Source: Chloroflexota bacterium
Lineage (GTDB): Bacteria; Chloroflexota; Limnocylindria; P2-11E
Direction: 5' to 3'
Length of the DNA: 42,183 nt
NCBI GenBank assembly: GCA_016183435.1
Contig: JACPEQ010000042.1
Coordinates: 1 to 42,183, forward strand
The position numbers were made by a program, and so were the translations under genes. The notes under the pieces are model-generated. The model had not been told where the DNA came from and searched no databases. It saw nothing but the letters and a program-made list of their open reading frames with translations. Below are positions 1-8,167 of the stretch, one piece after another. Numbering within the stretch: the stretch's first letter is position 1; each line of letters opens with the position of its first letter.

Positions 1-13
1 GAGCTCAGCCTCG

Positions 14-42
14 TTGGCCACCGCGGCGTCGTCGACTAGACT
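14..42 (+). promoter_or_regulatory. sigma70-type promoter of tRNA-Val
   Basis: TTGGCC (14-19), 17-nt spacer, TAGACT (37-42), 9 nt before the tRNA 5' end. Confidence 0.6.
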
Positions 43-51
43 GATGTCACC

Positions 52-125
52 GGGCACGTAGCTCAGCTGGTTAGAGCACTTGCTTGACATGCAAGAGGTC
101 CCGCGTTCGAGCCGCGGCGTGCCCA
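52..125 (+). tRNA. tRNA-Val (anticodon GAC)
   Basis: Acceptor GGGCACG/CGTGCCC, D-arm GCTC..GAGC, anticodon stem CTTGC/GCAAG with loop TTGACAT (GAC 86-88), T-loop GTTCGA, discriminator A125; CCA not encoded. Confidence 0.97.
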
Positions 126-141
126 CAGTCGCGCTTGTGGA

Positions 142-202
142 TTGGCAGTTCGCGTCCCGTTTGTTGGCAGTTTGCGTCCCGTCTTGACAGTTCCGGTCCC
201 GT
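142..202 (+). repeat. three imperfect 19-nt direct repeats after the tRNA 3' end
   Basis: TTGGCAGTTCGCGTCCCGT (142-160), TTGGCAGTTTGCGTCCCGT (164-182), TTGACAGTTCCGGTCCCGT (184-202). Confidence 0.85.
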
Positions 203-317
203 CTTTCCATGACGGTCGCATTCCGTACGGCTGAGGCCTGGGGACCGGAGGCGCGCCTGCCGCCCGCGCTCGCTTGTCGCCGGAAGCGCAGAGCGCGGCA
301 CGACGAGCAGTGGCCCG

Positions 318-974
318 CTACCGGCCACGCCGTGCTTTCTTCGCCGTGTGCTCGCCTCGTTGGGTCGCGCCCCGCGGCCGTGGGGCGAACCGAGCGAGGC
401 CATCGTTGACCCGCTCGAGGTCGAATCGCTCCGGATCGAAGTCAGGCCCGAGCCATTCGATGGATCCGTCGTGCTCCGGATGCCGCGGGCTCCGGAGCGC
501 CCTGAGGAGGTCGGCATAGCCGTACGCGCCGCCGCAGTCCTCGGGCGGACAGGCCCGCTCGCCTTCGAGGCATCGCGGTACGGGGAAGCTGACCGTCTCG
601 ACCGGCAGCTCGTCCGCGACCGCGATGAGGTGATCCCAGCTATCGCCGAAGTCGTACTCGTAGACGCACGTTGAGCCGCGCCGCGGCGCGATCTGGTTCA
701 GCGTGATGCGCCGGTAGTCGATCGGGCCCGGCTCGTGCTCCTGATGGGGCTCCGCGAAGACGACGTCGCCGACCTTGAACTGATGAAGGTGGGAGTTGGT
801 CCAGCCCATCACGATCTGGAGGATGACGTGAAGCTGGGGCAGCGTCACATCTTGCGGCACCAGCACCCGGCGCCAGATCGGCGGGTTGATGCCCATGAGG
901 CTGACGCGCAGCTGGAAGACATCGTCGGGTTGCGGGGACCGGAGGCTCCGCGCGGGCTGACTCGCCTTCGTCAT
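318..974 (-). CDS. plasmid pRiA4b ORF-3 family protein
   Basis: Motifs PPIWRR, LHxILQxxMGWTNSHLHQF, YEYDFGDSW, CPPEDCGG; TAGGAT -10 lies 8 nt before the ATG. Confidence 0.9.
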   Translation of the reverse strand: MTKASQPARSLRSPQPDDVFQLRVSLMGINPPIWRRVLVPQDVTLPQLHVILQIVMGWTNSHLHQFKVGDVVFAEPHQEHEPGPIDYRRITLNQIAPRRGSTCVYEYDFGDSWDHLIAVADELPVETVSFPVPRCLEGERACPPEDCGGAYGYADLLRALRSPRHPEHDGSIEWLGPDFDPERFDLERVNDGLARFAPRPRGATQRGEHTAKKARRGR

Positions 975-1143
975 CCGGCGCGATCCTACCTCGTGCCGGG
1001 AGAATCGAGGCCTCGAAGGGCCTGAGGACTGCGGGCGAGCGGCCGTTGGATCGGACCCGCCGGCGATGAGCGACGCGTGCGCACCACGCAGTCGGTGGTC
1101 ACGCTCGTCGAAGGCAAGGACCGCGGGCCGAGCTGAGTAGAAA

Positions 1144-1162
1144 TGGTATAGTTTCTATACCA
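1144..1162 (+). promoter_or_regulatory. palindromic operator overlapping the extended -10 of brnTA
   Basis: TGGTATAG-TTT-CTATACCA perfect 8-bp inverted repeat containing TGn-TATAGT, directly before ATG 1163. Confidence 0.8.
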
Positions 1163-1432
1163 ATGGAGTTTGACTTCGATCCGGCCAAGAGCGACGCGAA
1201 CAAGGCGAAGCGCGGGATCGACTTCAACGAAGCCACGAAGCTGTGGGAGGATGCGAGCCGGATCGAGATCCCAGCCCGGACAACGGGCGAGCCCCGCTTC
1301 ATGGTCATTGGAAAGATCGGCGGTAGACACTGGTCTGGGGTCATTACCTATCGCGGCGAGAAGACACGCATCGTCTCGGTCCGGCGCTCACGAGGGGAGG
1401 AGGTGGAGTTGTATGAGAGTCAAGGCGAGTAA
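1163..1432 (+). CDS. brnT: BrnT family toxin (type II TA ribonuclease)
   Basis: MEFDFDPAKSDANKAKRGIDF...RIVSVRRS, 89 aa. Confidence 0.9.
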   Translation: MEFDFDPAKSDANKAKRGIDFNEATKLWEDASRIEIPARTTGEPRFMVIGKIGGRHWSGVITYRGEKTRIVSVRRSRGEEVELYESQGE

Positions 1433-1655
1433 GTTCGACCAGGAGTTCGACCAGGGAAAGGACGTTGCTCGCTACCTGGATGTCTCGAAAGCGCGTCGGC
1501 CCGGGCTGGAGCAGCGCCGGGTCAATGTGGACATCCCGGTATGGATGATCGAGTCGCTCGATCGAGAGGCGGCACGCGTGGGTGTACCACGGCAGTCGCT
1601 GGTCAAGCTCTGGATCGCGGAGCGACTCGAGCGGCTCCGGACAGGAGCCGCGTAA
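1413..1655 (+). CDS. brnA: BrnA/CopG-like RHH antitoxin
   Basis: ATG 1413 after GGAGG-type SD, overlaps toxin 3' end; RRVNVDIPVWMIESLDREA..RQSLVKLWIAERL. Confidence 0.85.
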   Translation: MRVKASKFDQEFDQGKDVARYLDVSKARRPGLEQRRVNVDIPVWMIESLDREAARVGVPRQSLVKLWIAERLERLRTGAA

Positions 1656-1768
1656 GGAGGCGTCCACGATCCGGACGCCCGCGCGATCCGCGGAGGCGAC
1701 GTCAGAATCTAGGCGAACCTCCGTATTCCTCTTGACGCCCTTTGCGGCCGACCCGAGCGTGACGTCGC

Positions 1769-2782
1769 GTGGATCCGAACGTCGTCCTCCCGCTTCTCTC
1801 GTCTCTGACCAGCTTCGCCTTCTTCGCGCTCGTCGGAGCGCAGTGGCTCGCGCGGCGCCGCAGCTTCCAGCTCGTGTGGGCGATCGGGCTCCTGTGGTAC
1901 GGGATCAGCGCCGGGACGGAGTTCCTCGGCGGGGCGTTCGGGTGGAGCGAGCCGCTCTACCGTGCCTGGTACCTGATCGGCGCGTTCTTCGTGGCCGCGT
2001 ATCTCGGGATGGGCACGGTGTATCTGCTCGAGAAGACCCGATTCGGGTACTTCGTCGCTGCGACCCTGCTGCTGGGAGGCCTCTTCGGGCTGTCGATCAG
2101 GGGGCGGTACCCCGACGCGGGGGCGCTCGCGACGTCGGTGATCCTCTTCTCCGTGGTGGCGGCCGCGCTCGTCGCCGTGACGACGTGGCGGCGCCGCGAG
2201 TGGTCCGGCCACGTGACGATGCTCGTGCTCGCGCTCGGCTCGTTCGGTGTGGCCTGGCTCACGCTCACCGCCGAGGTGGCGGCCCCCGGTTTTGCCCTGG
2301 ACCCGGTCACGCACGTTCCGCTTGGCAGCGCGATCCCCGGCGAGGTCCGGGTCCTCGCCGCCCCGTTCAACATCGCGGGCGCCGCGGCGCTCGTGTTCGG
2401 CGCGCTGTTCTCGGCCTACGTGTTCATGCCGAAGCGCAAGGTGCTGCGCGGCCGGGAGCTGCCGCCCGTGGTCGCGCAGCTGTACGGCCTCGTCGCGGTG
2501 ACGGTGAACTTCCTCGCGTCGCTGCCCCTCGCGTGGAGCGCACTCATGCGCGGCGAGCTGCACTCCCGCGTCCCCTCGACGATGCTCATCGCGCTGGGCG
2601 GGTTCATCCCGGGCATCACGAGCGGTCTGAATCGCTTCGGGATCACCTGGGCCTTCTACCTCGGCGAGCTGCTGGGAGTGCTCCTCATCTTCATCGGCTT
2701 CCTCGTCAGCACCGAGGTCTTCGCGTCGCGGATCGACCTCGGCCGCGTCGTGGTCCTCGACCGCACCTCGCCCGTCGCCTGA
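1769..2782 (+). CDS. multi-pass membrane protein of unknown function
   Basis: 337 aa with many hydrophobic segments and GC3-biased codons. Confidence 0.8.
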   Translation: MDPNVVLPLLSSLTSFAFFALVGAQWLARRRSFQLVWAIGLLWYGISAGTEFLGGAFGWSEPLYRAWYLIGAFFVAAYLGMGTVYLLEKTRFGYFVAATLLLGGLFGLSIRGRYPDAGALATSVILFSVVAAALVAVTTWRRREWSGHVTMLVLALGSFGVAWLTLTAEVAAPGFALDPVTHVPLGSAIPGEVRVLAAPFNIAGAAALVFGALFSAYVFMPKRKVLRGRELPPVVAQLYGLVAVTVNFLASLPLAWSALMRGELHSRVPSTMLIALGGFIPGITSGLNRFGITWAFYLGELLGVLLIFIGFLVSTEVFASRIDLGRVVVLDRTSPVA

Positions 2783-2802
2783 TCGGCGTATCCTTCCGAT
2801 CG

Positions 2803-3014
2803 CGCGACGACGCGGACCGCACCCTCCATCCGACGCCGTACAGAGAGCCTCGACCGATGAGACGAGGCCGGTAGCGACGGAGGGATACCGCCGCTGAGCG
2901 TTGTGGGCCGGCCCCGTACAGCCGACGAGAGCGCTGTCTGGCATTCCGGGCAGAAACTGGGTGGGACCGCGAGCGACCGCCTCGTCCCAGTAGACGAAGC
3001 GGTCGCTGTGTTTT
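2803..3014 (+). ncRNA. Thr T-box riboswitch leader
   Basis: Stem I with AGAGA box (2842-2846), GATGAGA distal loop and specifier ACC (Thr, 2887-2889); T-box bulge TGGGACC (2962-2968) within ACTGGG/CCCAGT antiterminator; terminator AGCGACCGC..GCGGTCGCT-GTGTTTT; -10 TATCCT at 2789-2794; upstream of thrS. Confidence 0.93.
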
Positions 3015-3026
3015 GGAGGTTCCGCG

Positions 3027-4877
3027 ATGGCGAAGCAGCTCGGACGCAGACCGGACCACGGCGCGGAGGATCCGCTCCACCCGCTGCGGCATTCCGCCGC
3101 GCACGTGATGGCTGGAGCGGTCATGGACCTGTTCCCCGGGACGAAGCTCGGGATCGGTCCCGCGGTGAAGGACGGCTTCTACTACGACCTCGCCCTCCCG
3201 CGCGCGCTCGCGCCCGACGACCTGCCGCGCATCGAGGAGCGCATGCGCGAGGTCGTGAAGGCCAACGTGCCGTTCGAACGCAAGCAGATGTCCCGCGACG
3301 AAGGCATCCGCTTCTTCACGGAGCACGGGCAGGACTTCAAGGTCGACCTCATCCGGAGCTTCGACAGGGCCGAGGGCGCGGAGGACGACTCCGTCGGCAT
3401 CTACCAGCACGGGAGCTTCGTCGATCTCTGCAAGGGGCCGCACGTCCAGCGGACCGGCGACATCACGGCGTTCAAGCTCATGTCCATCGCGGGCGCGTAC
3501 TGGCGCGGCGACGAGACGAAGCCACAGCTGACGCGCATCTACGGCACGGTCTGGTCGTCCCAGAAGGATCTCGACGCCTACCTCGAGAAGCTGAAGGAGA
3601 TCGAGCGGCGCGACCACCGCGCGCTCGGGCGTGATCTCGAGCTGTTCCGCATCGACGACGAGCTCGGGAGCGGGCTCGTGCTGTGGCTACCCAACCTCTC
3701 GGTGGTACGAGAGGAGCTCGAGACGTGGTGGCGCAGGGTCCATCACGAGCGCGGCTACACGCTCGTCTACACGCCGCACATCGCTCACGAGAAGACGTAC
3801 CAGCGGTCGGGCCACCTGGAGAAGTACGGCGAGAACATGTACGGGCCGCTCGCGCTCGACGAGGGCACCCAGAACTTCTGGATCAAGCCCATGAACTGCC
3901 CGGGCCACATCAAGGTCTTCCAGTCGAAGGTCCGGTCCTACCGCGAGCTGCCGCTGCGCATCGGCGAGCTCGGGACGGTCTACCGCTACGAGCGCGGCGG
4001 CACGCTGCACGGCATGCAGCGCGTGCGCGGCTTCACGCAGGACGACAGCCACATCTTCTGCACGTGGCAGCAGGCGCAGGAGGAGATCGGGAAGGTCTTC
4101 GACCTGGCGATGGAGTTCATGCGGCTCTTCGGCTACTCGGACCCCGTCATCTACCTCTCCACGCGGCCCGAGCGGCGCCTCGGGACCGACGAGATGTGGG
4201 ACAGGGCGGAGAACGCGCTGCGCGAGGCCCTCGGCGTCCGCGAGGTGCCGTACAGGATCGACGAAGGCGGCGGCGTCTTCTACGCGCCGAAGATCGACGT
4301 CAAGGTCATGGACGCCATCGGACGCGAGTGGCAGGGCCCGACGATCCAGATCGACCTGAACCTGCCCGAGCGCTTCGACGTGACGTTCGTCAACGACAGG
4401 GGCGAGCGCGAGCGCGCGGTCATGGTCCACCGCGTCCTCTTCGGCAGCCTCGAGCGATCCGTCGCGGGGCTCATCGAGCACTACGCCGGCAACTTCCCGC
4501 TGTGGCTCGCGTGGGAACAGGTCGCGATCGTCCCGGTCCGGGAGGACGGCATGGAGTACGCGCGCCGTGTCGCGGCCGAGCTCCGCGCGCCTGGGATCCG
4601 CGTGCATCTCGATGAACCGCCGCTGGCGGACATGCGCGAGCGCATCCGCGAGGCACAGCACCGCCGCGCGGGCTACATCCTCGTCGTCGGCGCGAAGGAG
4701 GCGGAGGGCGAGACGGTGTCCGTGCGTCCGCGTGGCGCGGCGAAGGGCCAGGAGGAGCGCGGCGTGAAGCTCGCCGACTTCGTCACGCGCGTCGTGCGCG
4801 AGCGCGATGAGCAGGCCCTTCCCGGGGACTTCAAGCCCGGTGACGAGGGGCCGAGCGTGGCGGCGTCCCTGGAGTGA
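3027..4877 (+). CDS. thrS: threonine--tRNA ligase (no N-terminal TGS domain)
   Basis: RHSAAH and DLCKGPH editing motifs, KPMNCP, RVRGFTQDDSH; GGAGG SD. Confidence 0.98.
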   Translation: MAKQLGRRPDHGAEDPLHPLRHSAAHVMAGAVMDLFPGTKLGIGPAVKDGFYYDLALPRALAPDDLPRIEERMREVVKANVPFERKQMSRDEGIRFFTEHGQDFKVDLIRSFDRAEGAEDDSVGIYQHGSFVDLCKGPHVQRTGDITAFKLMSIAGAYWRGDETKPQLTRIYGTVWSSQKDLDAYLEKLKEIERRDHRALGRDLELFRIDDELGSGLVLWLPNLSVVREELETWWRRVHHERGYTLVYTPHIAHEKTYQRSGHLEKYGENMYGPLALDEGTQNFWIKPMNCPGHIKVFQSKVRSYRELPLRIGELGTVYRYERGGTLHGMQRVRGFTQDDSHIFCTWQQAQEEIGKVFDLAMEFMRLFGYSDPVIYLSTRPERRLGTDEMWDRAENALREALGVREVPYRIDEGGGVFYAPKIDVKVMDAIGREWQGPTIQIDLNLPERFDVTFVNDRGERERAVMVHRVLFGSLERSVAGLIEHYAGNFPLWLAWEQVAIVPVREDGMEYARRVAAELRAPGIRVHLDEPPLADMRERIREAQHRRAGYILVVGAKEAEGETVSVRPRGAAKGQEERGVKLADFVTRVVRERDEQALPGDFKPGDEGPSVAASLE

Positions 4878-5354
4878 CCGCGGCGGTCGACACGAGTCCG
4901 GTCCTCGTCGGCCAGCGCGTCCAGCTCCGGCCGGCGCGCGACGACGACGCGCCCCACTTCATGCGTTGGGCTGGATCACGCGCCGCGCGAGCGACGGCAC
5001 GGCGCTCGGCACGACCCGACTCGGCGCGATCGACCGAGCGGACCGCTCGGTCGAGATCGGCTGGACGATGCTCGGACCCGAGGGCCGGGGGACCGCGGCG
5101 AACACCGAGGCGAAGTACCTGCAGCTGCGCCACGCCTTCGAGGATCTGGCGCCCTCCGCGTATGGCTGAAGACCGACGCGTTGAACGAACGGTCGCAGCG
5201 GGCGATCGAGCGGATCGGCGCCAGGCTGGAGGGGGTCATCCGCAACGAGCGCATCGTCCGGGACGGGCGCGTGCGCGACGCCCGCTACTACTCCTTCGTC
5301 GACCGCGACTGGCCCGAGGCGAAGCGCCGTCTGGAGCGCCTTCTCGAGCGGTGA
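4874..5354 (+). pseudogene. disrupted RimJ/RimL-type GNAT N-acetyltransferase
   Basis: Three frames: VLVGQRVQLRP (from 4874), GTTRL..SVEIGWTML..NTEAKYLQLRHAFE (about 4972-5148), RVWLKTDALNERSQRAIERIGARLEG..R* (5148-5354). Confidence 0.85.
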
Positions 5355-5387
5355 GGACGTCGCCCATGGCGGGCCCGGCATCTCGGC

Positions 5388-5396
5388 TGCTAGACT
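5388..5396 (+). promoter_or_regulatory. extended -10 promoter of infC
   Basis: TGC-TAGACT just before the structured leader. Confidence 0.6.
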
Positions 5397-5400
5397 TCTC

Positions 5401-5451
5401 GCAGTTGAAGTCCCTCACTGCGGAGCCGCTCTGAGCCGCTACACGAAGGGC
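5401..5451 (+). ncRNA. L20-leader-like pseudoknot RNA
   Basis: GCAGT/ACTGC stem with loop TGAAGTCCCTC able to pair with SD-containing GAAGGGC (5445-5451); upstream of infC-rpmI-rplT. Confidence 0.5.
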
Positions 5452-5459
5452 GTGGCCTC

Positions 5460-6224
5460 ATAGCCGAGCTCCGGGTCAACGACCAGATCCGCGTCCCCAC
5501 CGTGCGCCTCGTCGGCGTCGACGGTCAGCAGCTTGGCGTCGTCCCGACGCCGCGCGCGCTCGCGCTCGCCCAGAGCGAGGGCTATGACCTGATCGAGGTG
5601 GCCCCCGCGGCCGTCCCGCCCGTCTGCAGGATCGGTGACTTCGGCAAGCTGCGGTATGAGAACCAGCAGCGCGAGCGCGAAGCCAAGAAGAAGCAGAAGA
5701 CGATCACGTGGAAAGAGGTCCGCATCGCTCCGAAGATCGACGAGCACGACCTCGAGACGAAGATCAAGACGGCGGCTCGACTGCTCGGCCACGGCGACAA
5801 GCTGAAGCTCGTCGTCCGCTTCCGCGGGCGAGAGCTCGCGCACCCGGATCGCGGCCGTGTCCTCCTCATGCAGATGGCCGATCGCCTGAAGGACGTGGCT
5901 GCCATCGAGCGGGCGCCGCTCCTCGAAGGCCGCCAGATGATCATGGTCATGAACCCGGTGCGTCCGGGCCAGGCTCAGCCCGCGCCGCTCGTGGGACCCG
6001 CCCGACCGGCGGCCAGCGCACCGCAGCCCGCCACGGCACCGGCGGCCCGCCCCGCCGCACCTCAAGTAGCGCCGCGTCCGGCGACGGCGCCTCCGCCCGC
6101 TCGCCCGGCGGCGTCCGCGCCCACCGCCGCGGCCCCGCGCGTCCCCGCGGCCGCACCGCGGCCGGCAGCACCTCCTCGTCCGGCTGCGCGCCCTGCGGCC
6201 GCTCGTACGCAGCGGCCCGCCTGA
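5460..6224 (+). CDS. infC: translation initiation factor IF-3, ATA start, Pro/Ala-rich C-terminal extension
   Basis: In-frame ATA at 5460 gives [10 protein letters not shown]; [19 protein letters not shown]; low-complexity tail after MVMNP. Confidence 0.95.
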   Translation: MAELRVNDQIRVPTVRLVGVDGQQLGVVPTPRALALAQSEGYDLIEVAPAAVPPVCRIGDFGKLRYENQQREREAKKKQKTITWKEVRIAPKIDEHDLETKIKTAARLLGHGDKLKLVVRFRGRELAHPDRGRVLLMQMADRLKDVAAIERAPLLEGRQMIMVMNPVRPGQAQPAPLVGPARPAASAPQPATAPAARPAAPQVAPRPATAPPPARPAASAPTAAAPRVPAAAPRPAAPPRPAARPAAARTQRPA

Positions 6225-6254
6225 CCAGTACCGGTACACTGAGCATCCCCACAG

Positions 6255-6368
6255 CGTCCCCCGGGCGCGCAGACCGCGGCGCCGCAGCGACGAGGTGGAC
6301 CGCGTGCTTTCGCGCGCGCTGAGCGCCAGCGGCCAGAGGCGGCGCCCGGAGGGCGACCGCCGAGAAGA
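6255..6368 (+). repeat. composite dispersed repeat (modules A and B) in the rpmI leader
   Basis: 6255-6296 matches 17186-17227 at 41/42 nt; 6329-6368 matches 35410-35449 at 36/40 nt; follows TACACT -10 at 6235-6240. Confidence 0.9.
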
Positions 6369-6381
6369 GGAAAGCGAAGAG

Positions 6382-6579
6382 ATGCCGAAGATCAAGTCAC
6401 ACAGCGGCGCGAAGAAGCGGTTCGAGGTGACCGGCACAGGCAAGCTGCGCCGCGCGAAGGCGTACAAAGGCCACCTCAACCAGCACAAGGATCCCGCGCG
6501 CAGGCGTCGTCACCAGGGCAAGGGCCTCGTCGCCAAGGGTGACATCGGTATCGTGCGGAAGCTCCTCCCGCACCTCTAA
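6382..6579 (+). CDS. rpmI: 50S ribosomal protein L35
   Basis: [21 protein letters not shown]. Confidence 0.97.
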   Translation: MPKIKSHSGAKKRFEVTGTGKLRRAKAYKGHLNQHKDPARRRRHQGKGLVAKGDIGIVRKLLPHL

Positions 6580-6594
6580 GGAGAAGACCGTCAG

Positions 6595-6972
6595 ATGGCA
6601 CGTGTGAAGCGCGGCGTCGCCGCCCACAAGAAGCACAAGAAGCTCCTCGCGGCGGCCGAGGGTCGTCGGGGGGCGAAGCGAAAGCTCGTCCGCCCGGCTC
6701 GCGAGGCCGCGTTCCACGCGCTCGCGTACGCGCTGCGCGACCGCCGCGCGCGGAAGGCGCAGTTCCGCGCCCTCTGGATCGCGCGCATCAACGCGGCTTC
6801 ACGCCAGGCAGGGGTCTCATACAGCCGACTCATGTCGGCGATGCGCGCCGCCGGTGTCCAGCTCGACCGCAAGGTCCTCGCGGACATGGCCGTCCGCGAC
6901 CCCAAGGTCTTCCGGCAGTATGTCGAGCAGCTGAAGGACGGTGCCTTTACCAGACAGGCCGAGCGCTCGTAG
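6595..6972 (+). CDS. rplT: 50S ribosomal protein L20
   Basis: MARVKRG, FRALWIARINAA, LDRKVLADMA; AAGGAG SD. Confidence 0.98.
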   Translation: MARVKRGVAAHKKHKKLLAAAEGRRGAKRKLVRPAREAAFHALAYALRDRRARKAQFRALWIARINAASRQAGVSYSRLMSAMRAAGVQLDRKVLADMAVRDPKVFRQYVEQLKDGAFTRQAERS

Positions 6973-6996
6973 AGAGCGCGCATCCCTGGCGATGAC

Positions 6997-7035
6997 GGCC
7001 CGCCTTTCGTAACGAACGGAAGGCGGGCCTTCTCT
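6997..7035 (+). terminator. intrinsic terminator-like hairpin between rplT and pheS
   Basis: GGCCCGCCTTTCGT-AACGA-ACGGAAGGCGGGCC then TTCTCT. Confidence 0.65.
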
Positions 7036-7051
7036 GTACCGGGAGGACGCG

Positions 7052-8167
7052 ATGCGGGCTGAGGATCTGAGCGAGCTGGCGGGCCGGGCCGAGGCGGAGA
7101 TCGCCGCGGCGCCGGATGAGGCCGCGCTCGACGCGCTGCGCGTCCGCTACGCCGGACGGCGCGAGGGTGAGATCACGAAGGCGATGAAGCGGCTGCCCGC
7201 GTTGCCGGCCGGGGAGCGCCCCGCGTTCGGGGCCGCGGCGAACGCGGCGCGCGAGCGCATCGAGGCGGCGCTCGAGCGCCGCACCGCGGCGTTGCGGGAC
7301 GCCGCCCTGCAGCGCGATCTGGCCGCGGCGGCCGTCGACCTCACGCTGCCGCCGCGCCGCGTCCGCATCGGCCGCTACCACCCGATCACGCGGACGATCC
7401 GCGAGATCTCGCGCATCTTTGCGGGCATGGGCTTCGAGGCCGTCGAGGGGCCCGAGGTGGAGTGGGACTACTACGCCTTCGAGGCGTTGAACATCCCTGC
7501 CGACCACCCCGCGCGCGACAAGTTCAGCACGCTCTGGGTACAAGCGGAGGGATCGATGGAGGTCGCCCTGGCGGCGACGGGCGCCGGTCGCGCCCGGGCC
7601 GCGACCGGGCAGCCCGATCGGATCTTGCTGCGTCCGCATACGTCGCCGATGCAGATCCGCGTCATGGAACAGCGCCGTCCGCCGGTGCGCGTGATCGTGC
7701 CGGGCCGCTGCTTCCGGTTCGAGGCGACGGACCCGACGCACGAGAGCGTCTTCTTCCAGTACGAGGGCCTCGCGATCGACGAGCAGCTGACGATGGCCGA
7801 CCTCAAGGGCGTCCTGTATTCGTTCGCGCGCCAGCTGTTCGGCGGCGAGCGCAAGGTCCGCTTCCGTCCGGACTACTTCCCGTTCACGGAGCCGTCGGCG
7901 GAGATCGCGTTCGACTGCTTCGCCTGTGACGGGACCGGCGTGACGAACGAGGGGAAGTGCCGTACGTGCGCAGGCTCGGCGTGGATCGAGGCGGCCGGCT
8001 GCGGCATGGTCCACCCCGACGCCCTGCGCAGGGTCGGATACGACCCGTCGAAGTACCAGGGGTTCGCATTCGGCGGCGGGGTCGAGCGCCTCGCGATGCT
8101 GCTCACGGGGACGGTGGACATCCGCCTGTTCCACCAGAACGACCTGCGCTACCTGGAGTCGGTGTAA
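7052..8167 (+). CDS. pheS: phenylalanine--tRNA ligase alpha subunit
   Basis: HPARD, LLRPHTSP, YFPFTEPSAE, GFAFGGGVERLAM; CxxC..CxxC insert. Confidence 0.98.
   Translation: MRAEDLSELAGRAEAEIAAAPDEAALDALRVRYAGRREGEITKAMKRLPALPAGERPAFGAAANAARERIEAALERRTAALRDAALQRDLAAAAVDLTLPPRRVRIGRYHPITRTIREISRIFAGMGFEAVEGPEVEWDYYAFEALNIPADHPARDKFSTLWVQAEGSMEVALAATGAGRARAATGQPDRILLRPHTSPMQIRVMEQRRPPVRVIVPGRCFRFEATDPTHESVFFQYEGLAIDEQLTMADLKGVLYSFARQLFGGERKVRFRPDYFPFTEPSAEIAFDCFACDGTGVTNEGKCRTCAGSAWIEAAGCGMVHPDALRRVGYDPSKYQGFAFGGGVERLAMLLTGTVDIRLFHQNDLRYLESV

Noticed and set aside
142-202. Possible mini-CRISPR array
   Set aside because: Repeats are 19 nt with 1-3 nt gaps, so there are no spacers; no cas genes in the window
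1049-1137. Possible gene-end remnant (..RRVRTTQSVVTLVEGKDRGPS*)
   Set aside because: Too short to assign; no start or family motif
6988-7035. Fluoride riboswitch-like 5' sequence GGCGATGACGGCCCGCC
   Set aside because: The 3' TGATG..CTAC pseudoknot half is absent and the pheS context does not fit; a plain terminator hairpin explains it
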